Shown here piece by piece: positions 21,929 through 30,092 of a stretch of DNA of 64,000 bases. The stretch's first letter is position 1. Each line of letters opens with the position of its first letter. Source of the DNA: a virus. A program made the translations under genes and the position numbers. Where the stretch lies: the IMG/VR virus record IMGVR_UViG_3300028840_006907, positions 405,618 through 469,617 of that record, one strand, 5' to 3'. The notes beneath the pieces are model-generated. The model worked only from the letters and a program-made list of their open reading frames with translations. It ran no database searches and was not told the DNA's origin.

Positions 21929-22467
21929 AAAGTCCAGAGAAATTGAAAGAGCTGATTTTAAGTGAAGTGGATCTCAGCAAGGTTATGATAGACTATGGGG
22001 TGGAGTTTGTCTATAACCCGGAGCTAGTGGATGAGGCACAGCTTCGTTGTCCATTTCATGGTAAAGATAGGAAACCTTCAGCCAGGTATTATCGGGAAAC
22101 TCAGACAATGTTTTGTTGGGTTTGTCACAAATCCTGGGATGTGATAAGGTTTGTTATGGAAAAAGAACAGATGTATTATAAAACGGCTCTTTTACATATA
22201 GTAAATAAGTATCAATTAGATATTTCAGTAATTCCCGATGAACCTGAATTTATTATAGAGAAAATAGTGCCAATTTCAGATACATCTGTATGGACTTTAG
22301 ATGCTGAGAAGAAAATAAAAGAATTTAGAAATAAACTCATTTATAAACGTTACAGTGCTTTAGTAACTGCTTATCATATAATAATGTTCAATTCATCAAA
22401 AGATATAGATATTTCAGAAGACATCCAAAAATTAAATAATAAATTAGATACACTCAAAATAGGATAA
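21925..22467 (+). CDS. DnaG-type primase zinc-finger domain protein (180 aa), no TOPRIM domain evident
   Basis: CPFHGKDRKPSARYY...FCWVCHKSWDVIRFV resembles the CHC2 zinc finger of bacterial primases. Confidence 0.55.
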   Translation: MKSPEKLKELILSEVDLSKVMIDYGVEFVYNPELVDEAQLRCPFHGKDRKPSARYYRETQTMFCWVCHKSWDVIRFVMEKEQMYYKTALLHIVNKYQLDISVIPDEPEFIIEKIVPISDTSVWTLDAEKKIKEFRNKLIYKRYSALVTAYHIIMFNSSKDIDISEDIQKLNNKLDTLKIG

Positions 22468-22472
22468 TATTA

Positions 22473-25400
22473 ATGGCACCAAAAAAACAATTTGTAAACA
22501 CAGGATTTATGGAATTTGTGGAGGATACTGTTCAAACCAGAATAGCCGAAATGCCATGGATGGCTGATCGTACGTTTAAATTAGCCAAGAGCATGGAAGA
22601 AGTGGAAAATTACATTGATAGGGCGATAGAAGCGAAAAGATGTGCCCTTGATTTGGAAACGACAGGACTTAATACAAGGGTAAAAAAAGTAGATGGTAAA
22701 ATTGTTCCTATTGGTAAAATAGTAGGTTTTGCTTTATGTTATGATCCGAAAGTGGCCATTTATATCCCTATTAATCATAGAGAAGGGATAGAATTTAATC
22801 TTCCAGAAGAGGCTGTTTTAAAGGAGATAAAACGTCTTTGTTATAATTGTATTACAATATACCATAATGCTAAATTCGATTTAACTTATTTAAAGAATTA
22901 CGGTATTGTTCTTGATAATCATAATCAATTCGAAGATACACTTTTGCTGGCGTATTTGCATGATTCAGGAAGAAAAGCCAATAAATTAAAGGATCTCTCT
23001 CCAGAATTACTTGATCAACCAATGTTAAAATTTAATGAGGTTGCCAAAGAAGGTCATTTTGATCTTGTCTCCCCTGATGTGGGGTATACATATGGAGCCT
23101 CTGATGCTATGTGTACTATGGATTTATATATCTTTTTTACGGAACAGGAAATTATAAAGAGTCAACAGATGATATATAACTTAGAGAAACGGGTTGTATT
23201 TGTTATGATGGATATGGAAGCAAATCTAATAAAAATTGATGTTCCATATCTCAAGGACTTAAAAACAAAAGTTGAAAACCGTATAGAAGATATTAAAAAA
23301 GAGATACATCAATTGGTCGGTTATGAATTTAATTTGGGAAGTTCACAGAAATTAGGTAAAATACTATTCGATGATTTGAAATATAAATATCCAGAGAAAA
23401 CAAAAACCAAATCTGGGCAATACAGCACTGATAGTAAAACCTTAAATAAAATAGCTGACCTTTACCCCATTGTTAAGAAGATCATAAATTTCCGTGGATT
23501 GGAAAAAGTTTTATCGACATATATTAATAATCTTTTGAACAACCACGATGAAGAAGGTTTTGTAAAACTTCAATTTAAACAGACTGGAACTGATACCGGA
23601 AGATTTTCGAGTCCTGGTGGTCAGGGTATTCATATAGATGGGTCTTCAGGAGTTAATGTCCAGAGTATTCCAAAGATGCCTAGTGAGGATAATCCTGACA
23701 TTGATATGAGAAGGGCGTTTATTGCTCGTCCTGGTAAAACGATGGTAGCGATTGACTATGCAAATGAAGAGATGCGGGTAGCTACAAATATTTCGAATGA
23801 GACTGCCTGGATTGAATCGATTCATAAAGGAATTGATTTCCATACTGCTACAGGTGCTATTATCTCGGGAAAAGATCCTAAGGATGTATTAAAAAGTGAG
23901 AGGAAAATAGGAAAGACAGTTAATTTTTTGGCCCTTTATTTAGGAGGCCCATTTACTCTTGCAGGTAATGCTAAAATAACTGTACCGGAGGCCAAAAAGA
24001 TTCTAGCCACATTTTTTGCAGGAGTTCCTAAACTGAAGAAATGGATTGACCGGGTGATCGTGGTAGCTAGAAAAGAGAAATTTGTTAAAACTATTTTTGG
24101 GCGTACTAGACCGTTAAATAAGTACTATGATAGTGGGGATAAGGGATTGGCTGCTCATGCAGATCGATGTGCAGTTAATACAAAAATTCAAGGTTGCCTT
24201 TGTCAAGAAGAGCGCTGTTTAACAACAGAAGGTTATTTATCTATTATAAAAATCAAAAAGTTAAAGGAATCAGGCCAAAATTTAAAAATATGGACTGGGG
24301 TTTCATGGGAGGATTTTGAAGTATTGGATCGTGGAGAGGCTCAATTAGCGATAATTGAATTAAAAAATGGAATGATTCTTCATTGTGATACACGGCATGA
24401 AGTATTAACAGTAAATAATGAAAGATATGAATTTAAAAAATTTAATGAATTAACAGAAGATACTAATATATGTATATCTCGCCCTCAATTATTAAAATTT
24501 GGGAGTTATCCTGAGGAAATTATTTTTGAGGGAAATGTATGGAATGCACAGAAATTGAAAGTGAGTACGGCAGAGGAGTGGGATTTTATAGCCTATTTAT
24601 TAGGATGTGTTATTGGAGATGGCTCAATATACATTGATAAAAAGGCATCTAAATATGTTATAACATTAAATTTTGGTGAAGAAAAGATAAGAAGAATATT
24701 TCCTGATCTTAAGAGAAAATTAAATGATCTCGGATTAAATATTTCGGAACCTGTTTTAAATAAAGGTAGTAAAGGTATTTGTTATAAAACGAGTATCTGT
24801 TCCGTTACTTTAACAAAACTTTTTGGAGAAATGGGTTATCATTTTCATGATGCTCGTGATAAGAGAATCCCTCAACGAATTATGGAATCCCCTATAAAAA
24901 TGAGACAATCATTTTTACGAGGTTATTTTGATACAGATGGATGTAAGAAAGAGGCCAATAAATATGGTTTCCATACTCCTAATAAAGATCTATTGAGAGA
25001 TATTCAATTATTAGCTTGGACCCTAGGATGTCCCTCTACTATTTATGATTGTGGTGATGGCTCATCCATATTTAATTGGATGAATTATCGAATTTTTGCG
25101 GAATTAATGGACTTAACTTATAAAAAAGAAGAGAGAAAATGTAACACACAAAATATGCCTTTACCTGATTTTTTAAGAGAGCCTATATTAAATTCTTTAG
25201 GGAATTGTTATGTAAAAAATGGGAATGATCGCTCATATGTATGTAAAGTTAGGAAGGGTAAAAATGTTAGTTTACCTGGAATAGTGTCATTATTAGAAAG
25301 TTATAATTGTGAACTACCGGAAATTTATTATCATTCCAAATTAGAAAAGAAAAGAGTTTTAAGTAAAAAAGAAGTTACATACACTTTATCAGTAAAATCT

Positions 25401-26261
25401 CCTTTACATCGGTTTGATTCTGCTGGAATTATAAGTAAAAATACTTCGGCGGATATTATGAAGGCTGTCATGGCCCGGATGAACTCCTGGCTCACGAGAA
25501 ATAATCTGCATGATGATATAAAAATATTGATTACCATGCATGATGAATTGGTTTTTGAGATTACAACTGAAAAATTGCAGATACTGGTACCAGAGATTTG
25601 TAAGATCATGCAGTTGAATGATATTATTCAGGGTCAATTGAAATGGCCCATTCCTTTGGAAGTTGATATACAGTATGGTGATACTTGGAGAGTTAAAGGT
25701 GATTTTCTTAAGGATTTTCCTGATTTGAGGAATAAATTAAGTGAGCCTTTAATGGAATTTGAATCTTTACAGAAGATAAAAGATGATGTGCCAAAAGATA
25801 AAAATGATGAACCTCCGGTGGAAAGTAATAAAATTGAAGAAGAAAATTCAGAGAAAGATTCAAATGAGGTACCAGATAACCAGATTATAGAGGAAAAAAC
25901 TCCTTCTGAAATACAAGATATAGAAAAGTCTGAACAACATGATGTACCTAAAGATAAGGAGGTTTTGGAGAAAGTTGATAGTGGTACTGTAGATAGTAGT
26001 AAAATATCAGAAAAAAAAACTCTAAACGGCGGTGATATATCGGGTCAATATTTGATTTATACTCTGCGAGAATTGAGTACGATAAGTTCACGATGGTTGA
26101 ATGATATTTTGGTTTTTTTGAATGATGAGGGCAATCGATATGAAGAGAAAGATAAAAAAATTTTAAAAATCCGTGACAGATCAGGGAACTCTTTATTAGT
26201 TTCAGAGTATAAAGTACACCCTGAAAGTTTTTCCCTTTTGGCAAGATTTTTTGGGATATGA
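22473..26261 (+). CDS. family A DNA polymerase with 3'-5' exonuclease domain, interrupted by an intein, plus C-terminal extension (1262 aa precursor)
   Basis: Exo motif ALDLETTGL; Pol I motifs DYANEEMRVA (A), RKIGKTVNFLALYLGG (B), NTKIQG/TSADIMKAV split by the insert, ITMHDELVFE (C). Confidence 0.9.
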   Translation: MAPKKQFVNTGFMEFVEDTVQTRIAEMPWMADRTFKLAKSMEEVENYIDRAIEAKRCALDLETTGLNTRVKKVDGKIVPIGKIVGFALCYDPKVAIYIPINHREGIEFNLPEEAVLKEIKRLCYNCITIYHNAKFDLTYLKNYGIVLDNHNQFEDTLLLAYLHDSGRKANKLKDLSPELLDQPMLKFNEVAKEGHFDLVSPDVGYTYGASDAMCTMDLYIFFTEQEIIKSQQMIYNLEKRVVFVMMDMEANLIKIDVPYLKDLKTKVENRIEDIKKEIHQLVGYEFNLGSSQKLGKILFDDLKYKYPEKTKTKSGQYSTDSKTLNKIADLYPIVKKIINFRGLEKVLSTYINNLLNNHDEEGFVKLQFKQTGTDTGRFSSPGGQGIHIDGSSGVNVQSIPKMPSEDNPDIDMRRAFIARPGKTMVAIDYANEEMRVATNISNETAWIESIHKGIDFHTATGAIISGKDPKDVLKSERKIGKTVNFLALYLGGPFTLAGNAKITVPEAKKILATFFAGVPKLKKWIDRVIVVARKEKFVKTIFGRTRPLNKYYDSGDKGLAAHADRCAVNTKIQGCLCQEERCLTTEGYLSIIKIKKLKESGQNLKIWTGVSWEDFEVLDRGEAQLAIIELKNGMILHCDTRHEVLTVNNERYEFKKFNELTEDTNICISRPQLLKFGSYPEEIIFEGNVWNAQKLKVSTAEEWDFIAYLLGCVIGDGSIYIDKKASKYVITLNFGEEKIRRIFPDLKRKLNDLGLNISEPVLNKGSKGICYKTSICSVTLTKLFGEMGYHFHDARDKRIPQRIMESPIKMRQSFLRGYFDTDGCKKEANKYGFHTPNKDLLRDIQLLAWTLGCPSTIYDCGDGSSIFNWMNYRIFAELMDLTYKKEERKCNTQNMPLPDFLREPILNSLGNCYVKNGNDRSYVCKVRKGKNVSLPGIVSLLESYNCELPEIYYHSKLEKKRVLSKKEVTYTLSVKSPLHRFDSAGIISKNTSADIMKAVMARMNSWLTRNNLHDDIKILITMHDELVFEITTEKLQILVPEICKIMQLNDIIQGQLKWPIPLEVDIQYGDTWRVKGDFLKDFPDLRNKLSEPLMEFESLQKIKDDVPKDKNDEPPVESNKIEEENSEKDSNEVPDNQIIEEKTPSEIQDIEKSEQHDVPKDKEVLEKVDSGTVDSSKISEKKTLNGGDISGQYLIYTLRELSTISSRWLNDILVFLNDEGNRYEEKDKKILKIRDRSGNSLLVSEYKVHPESFSLLARFFGI
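24195..25442 (+). mobile_element. intein with LAGLIDADG homing-endonuclease domain, inserted in the polymerase (about 416 aa)
   Basis: Insert begins with Cys after KIQG and ends with Asn before TSADIM; LAGLIDADG-like motifs LLGCVIGDGSIYID and FLRGYFDTDG; N-terminal boundary ambiguous by about 21 nt. Confidence 0.7.
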
Positions 26262-26311
26262 GGGGATAAATTTTCTCTTTTGTATTAAATAAAAAAAGTT
26301 AAAAATATTGT

Positions 26312-26340
26312 TTGCGAAAAATAAATTTTTCTTTTATATT
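26312..26340 (+). promoter_or_regulatory. candidate sigma-70-type promoter (TTGCGA, 17-bp spacer, TATATT) upstream of the sigma-like gene
   Basis: Read directly in the 250-bp intergenic region; hexamers occur by chance in AT-rich DNA. Confidence 0.2.
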
Positions 26341-26511
26341 AGTTTTTGATTAAAAATTAAGCTGAAATTGGCTTATTCTAAGTATCTACAATTTATAGAC
26401 TTACAAATATAAAAAGCTGAGTTAAATTCGAGCCATAAATTTTACGTAGAGACTAGGGTAAGCTCAAAAAACATAAATACTAAAATAACACAAATAAAGG
26501 AGCGTCCCTCA

Positions 26512-27273
26512 ATGCTACCTACTAATGATATTGCTGTCTTTGCCCAAAAAAATGATGCAGAATTTCGTGCTCTAGTCCGAAAACAGTGCGAGTATCTTGA
26601 TTATCCTGGTTCACCTGATGATGTTGTCCAAGAGCTTTATGTGAAGTTCTTAACAAAAAAGAAAATCATTGAAGCTTATGATCCCAGTTATAATGTACAA
26701 ATATCTTCTTACCTTTTTAAAATTATCCGTAATTTTATAATCACCAGAGTGAAAAGTCACGATGGTCGATTTCGTCGGTGCCGTGTTTTAACCCCTTCTC
26801 CTACTGATGATACTAACGAGTTCGATCTTATTCCCGCTTATTATGATGTTTCAGATGATTTCTACGACAATCAATATTTTAACAATAATTCTTTTATGGA
26901 AGAATTCAGCGATTTTGAGCGTCAGTTTTCAAAATCACCTCAGAACATAAAATTTAAGTTACGAAAGAGACAACATAAAAATACTTCTCTCAATTTTTTA
27001 AAAATATTGGAACGTCTTCAAAAGCGTGGTAAAATCGGTGAAGAATTTAATGAAATCAAGGATTTAATCACAGAGATAGAAGAAAACGGGTGTACTCTAT
27101 TGGACCTTTTCCGACTTCTGTATAAGGGATACAACAATAAAATGATCGCTCGGATTTATGGAGTATCAACAACTACAATAAGTGCTATGAAAAGCAAATT
27201 AGCAAAAGCCATGATTAAATACGGTATAAAGTATGATCGAGCTACGGTGTCCAAAGTGTCAATCCAAAGTTGA
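26512..27273 (+). CDS. putative sigma-70/ECF-like sigma factor (253 aa)
   Basis: Region-2-like VVQELYVKFLTKKKIIEAYDPSYNVQISSYLFKIIRNFII and region-4-like HTH KMIARIYGVSTTTISAMKSKLAKA. Confidence 0.5.
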   Translation: MLPTNDIAVFAQKNDAEFRALVRKQCEYLDYPGSPDDVVQELYVKFLTKKKIIEAYDPSYNVQISSYLFKIIRNFIITRVKSHDGRFRRCRVLTPSPTDDTNEFDLIPAYYDVSDDFYDNQYFNNNSFMEEFSDFERQFSKSPQNIKFKLRKRQHKNTSLNFLKILERLQKRGKIGEEFNEIKDLITEIEENGCTLLDLFRLLYKGYNNKMIARIYGVSTTTISAMKSKLAKAMIKYGIKYDRATVSKVSIQS

Positions 27274-27482
27274 GATTGAAGACAAAACAGTTGAAGGGGA
27301 TAAAAGGACTGCAGTTTTCTGTAAGAAAGAAGGATGTTTCTTCTATAAGAATGCATTAATCGGTTTAGAGAGGCTGGAGTCAAAAGTCTACATATCTGAA
27401 TCCCTTGTTTAAAAAAATTTAATTTTCTTCTTATTGTGATCATCTCTTAATGTCGTATTATCTATAGGAGGTTTTTTGGAAA

Positions 27483-27746
27483 TTGAATATAAACCAAGTT
27501 TTTATACTTTTGCTAGGTGCTTTGGCAATTTGGTTTTTAAGTCGAAAGGAACGGTGGAGTCGGTGGGGTTTTATTATCGGTATGATCAGTCAACCTTTCT
27601 GGCTTATTGAATCTTTTCAAAACAAACAATGGGGATTTTTTTGTTTAAGTATCTGGTACACGTATAGTTGGGCACAAGGGATTTGGAACTATTGGATAAA
27701 GGGTAACAATGAAAACAAAAAAGAAAAAGAAAAACAACAAGAATAA
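27483..27746 (+). CDS. small Trp-rich membrane protein (87 aa), TTG start
   Basis: AGGAGG RBS 12 nt upstream of TTG; two hydrophobic segments; 38-nt overlap with the next gene. Confidence 0.4.
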   Translation: MNINQVFILLLGALAIWFLSRKERWSRWGFIIGMISQPFWLIESFQNKQWGFFCLSIWYTYSWAQGIWNYWIKGNNENKKEKEKQQE

Positions 27747-28512
27747 GCAAAAACCTAATTCTATTTCTGTGAAGTCAGAAACAGATAAAGTTTTGATATC
27801 AGAATCAGTTCCTGAAATTACTACTGATATAATAATTCTCCTTTATGGAGATCGAAAATATCTAGATGTATGTGTTGCATCCGTTGAAGAGCACTGTAAT
27901 AATTATGTCTTGCATATAATTGATAACAATGAAGTCAATAGAGGTTTTACCAAGGGTGTAAATGAAGGTATTCTTGCCGGTAGTGCTCCCTATGTTTGGT
28001 TACTTAATCAGGATGCTGTGGTTCTTAAGGGAGCACAACAGGCTCTTATAGATCGATTTTCTTATGGGGAAAAAGTCGGGATTGTTGGATCTATGCAGAT
28101 AGATCACGATGATCCTGATATTATTCGTCATGGAGGAACTATTCAGGCGTTCCCCAATGGAATCCATAAGGGGGGAAGAATCTCTATGGGGCATTGTAGA
28201 GTTCCTGAGAAATCCACCTGGATTAATTTTGCCTCAGCAATGCTGAGAAGGGAAATGATTCAACATATAGGACTATTGGATGAAAATATGTTTTTGATAT
28301 GCTCAGACAGTGACTATTGCTACTGGGCGCGGTATCGGGGTTGGGAAGTCTGGTATGAACCTAGATCACAAGTCAAGCATCGTTTGGAGGCTTCATCAAA
28401 AGGTGTCTCTGAATGGCATCGGAAGGATACTCTCGCTTTTATGAATAAGTGGGGAATAAATAATTTAGGTCAGAAATCAGAATTATTTCAGAAATTAGAT
28501 ATATATCCTTAA
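27709..28512 (+). CDS. glycosyltransferase family 2 (267 aa)
   Basis: GT2-A-type blocks IIILLYGDRKYL, NQDAVV, CSDSDYCYWARYRGWEVWYEP. Confidence 0.7.
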   Translation: MKTKKKKKNNKNKQKPNSISVKSETDKVLISESVPEITTDIIILLYGDRKYLDVCVASVEEHCNNYVLHIIDNNEVNRGFTKGVNEGILAGSAPYVWLLNQDAVVLKGAQQALIDRFSYGEKVGIVGSMQIDHDDPDIIRHGGTIQAFPNGIHKGGRISMGHCRVPEKSTWINFASAMLRREMIQHIGLLDENMFLICSDSDYCYWARYRGWEVWYEPRSQVKHRLEASSKGVSEWHRKDTLAFMNKWGINNLGQKSELFQKLDIYP

Positions 28513-28526
28513 TATGGGAGATTTTT

Positions 28527-28760
28527 ATGAGTGGTGTAAACATAAAATTAAAACAACAGTTGAGGGAACCTACATATTGTACTCCTCGTTGTAGAGCTTC
28601 TGATGACAATTGCATCATTCAGAAGCAAGATTATTATATCTCTATCTCAGGTTATGGAGCGAATGGCCTTGCTAATTTATGTATTTGTATGAAACATTCA
28701 GAAGATTTCTTGAATCAAGTGAAGCAATTGTTAAAAGATATAAAGAAACTGGAAAAGTGA
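28527..28760 (+). CDS. hypothetical Cys-containing protein (77 aa)
   Basis: Track ORF in the co-directional block. Confidence 0.4.
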   Translation: MSGVNIKLKQQLREPTYCTPRCRASDDNCIIQKQDYYISISGYGANGLANLCICMKHSEDFLNQVKQLLKDIKKLEK

Positions 28761-28762
28761 TT

Positions 28763-29140
28763 ATGGGTAATACATATCGAAAACAAGGATATGAAGTAGT
28801 AGAAAATGGAATAGCTACCGGTAAAGTGGTGTTCAGTTATGACCCTGAAGAGTACGATGTCCATACCCTGGCTAATCCAAGAGATGGGATGCCAAACAAA
28901 ACTATAACTTCAAAATGGTTTCGTTGTGATGTTTGTGGTGGTAAATTTCCCCTACAAGAATATAAAGATTCCTGGGATTGGGGAGGCCCACATTGCCCGA
29001 ACCCTGAGTGTGGTAATGGGGGCATCGGGCTGTTTGCGAAGCGAGAAGGGCCAGTAAGAAATTATCGGGGTGTAATAATACATAAGATGAAAGAAACGAT
29101 TAAATCTATGGAAAAAGCTATAAAAAAATATAGCTCTTAA
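28763..29140 (+). CDS. hypothetical zinc-ribbon protein (about 125 aa; track ORF trimmed to an internal Met)
   Basis: Track ORF 28679..29140 overlaps the upstream gene; Met at 28763 follows its stop. CDVCGGKF...HCPNPECGNGG motif. Confidence 0.45.
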   Translation: MGNTYRKQGYEVVENGIATGKVVFSYDPEEYDVHTLANPRDGMPNKTITSKWFRCDVCGGKFPLQEYKDSWDWGGPHCPNPECGNGGIGLFAKREGPVRNYRGVIIHKMKETIKSMEKAIKKYSS

Positions 29141-29168
29141 AAAAATAAAAAGGTAAAGAGGATGAAAA

Positions 29169-29405
29169 ATGAAAAAGGATGAGATTAATTATAAATATTT
29201 GACCGATCCTGAATTTTCGATAAAGGCAGATCTTAAAGCAATTGAAATTTCTAAAAAGATAGATGTAGAAAATATAGGAATAGAACTAGCTCTATTTGGT
29301 CAATGTTTACTTAATTATATAGATGAGGAAGTGGTATTGATTGATCCATTAAAATATGAAATAGTCATAAATAAAAAAGGTAAGGAGGATATAAATGTTA
29401 CCTAA
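29169..29405 (+). CDS. hypothetical protein (78 aa)
   Basis: AAAGAGGA RBS upstream. Confidence 0.4.
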   Translation: MKKDEINYKYLTDPEFSIKADLKAIEISKKIDVENIGIELALFGQCLLNYIDEEVVLIDPLKYEIVINKKGKEDINVT

Positions 29406-29577
29406 TTCGAAAATTGTAGTTTTTAAAAATGGGAATTCAAAAATTATTGGGAAAGAAAAAACCAATGATTGTTACGAATTGTCAAATTTGGGACGGGATG
29501 CTGGTAGAGTTACTAAAGATGAAGATCGTGATCATGTACCTGTACATCAAGATGTACATAACTCAGAAAGGGGATAA
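29395..29577 (+). CDS. hypothetical protein (60 aa)
   Basis: Track ORF overlapping the previous stop; AAGGAGG upstream. Confidence 0.3.
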   Translation: MLPNSKIVVFKNGNSKIIGKEKTNDCYELSNLGRDAGRVTKDEDRDHVPVHQDVHNSERG

Positions 29578-29579
29578 TC

Positions 29580-29891
29580 ATGTCAAAAGAAGTACATGTT
29601 GATTGTGAGATAAGATCGATGACCATTATGGAAAATACATTGAATCAAATGAGAATCAGTTATAATGTAAAGAATGCTGATACTTTTACCATAACGAGAC
29701 CTTATCATAATATTGTTATAAATGGTAAAAAAGGTAAGGTTTCATATGATGATATGGATAAAAAGTATGTGGAAAAAATTCTTCAGAATTACACGGTTAA
29801 TTGGTACAAAGATCGTGCTATTCGTGAAGGTAATGAGATCCGAGAAGAAGTTCAGGCGAATGGGGAGATTCATATCCATGTCATTCGATAA
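29580..29891 (+). CDS. hypothetical protein (103 aa)
   Basis: AAAGGGGA RBS then ATG. Confidence 0.45.
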   Translation: MSKEVHVDCEIRSMTIMENTLNQMRISYNVKNADTFTITRPYHNIVINGKKGKVSYDDMDKKYVEKILQNYTVNWYKDRAIREGNEIREEVQANGEIHIHVIR

Positions 29892-30063
29892 GAAACCGGA
29901 AGTAGAGGAGAATAAACTTACTCTACGTATAATGCCCGATGGCTCTACTCGTATTGATTTCTTTCCCGTGTCTTTCAGTGAATTTATTATTGATAATGTT
30001 TACAATAAGGAAGATCGGGAAAGAATGAAAAAGACGAATTGCCGTAAAATTTATTGCGGGTAA
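29878..30063 (+). CDS. hypothetical protein (about 61 aa; internal Met of track ORF 29722..30063)
   Basis: Start chosen to give a 14-nt overlap with the upstream gene instead of a 170-nt overlap. Confidence 0.3.
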   Translation: MSFDKKPEVEENKLTLRIMPDGSTRIDFFPVSFSEFIIDNVYNKEDRERMKKTNCRKIYCG

Positions 30064-30092
30064 AATAGATATAACAGATAGGAATAATATAA

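Noticed and set aside
28679-30063. Long N-terminal extensions of track ORFs 28679..29140 and 29722..30063 (and 38800, 42005, 42687, 56917..57663).
   Set aside because: The extensions overlap the upstream genes by 80-170 nt; internal Met or GTG starts adjacent to the upstream stop give standard short overlaps, so trimmed starts were preferred.
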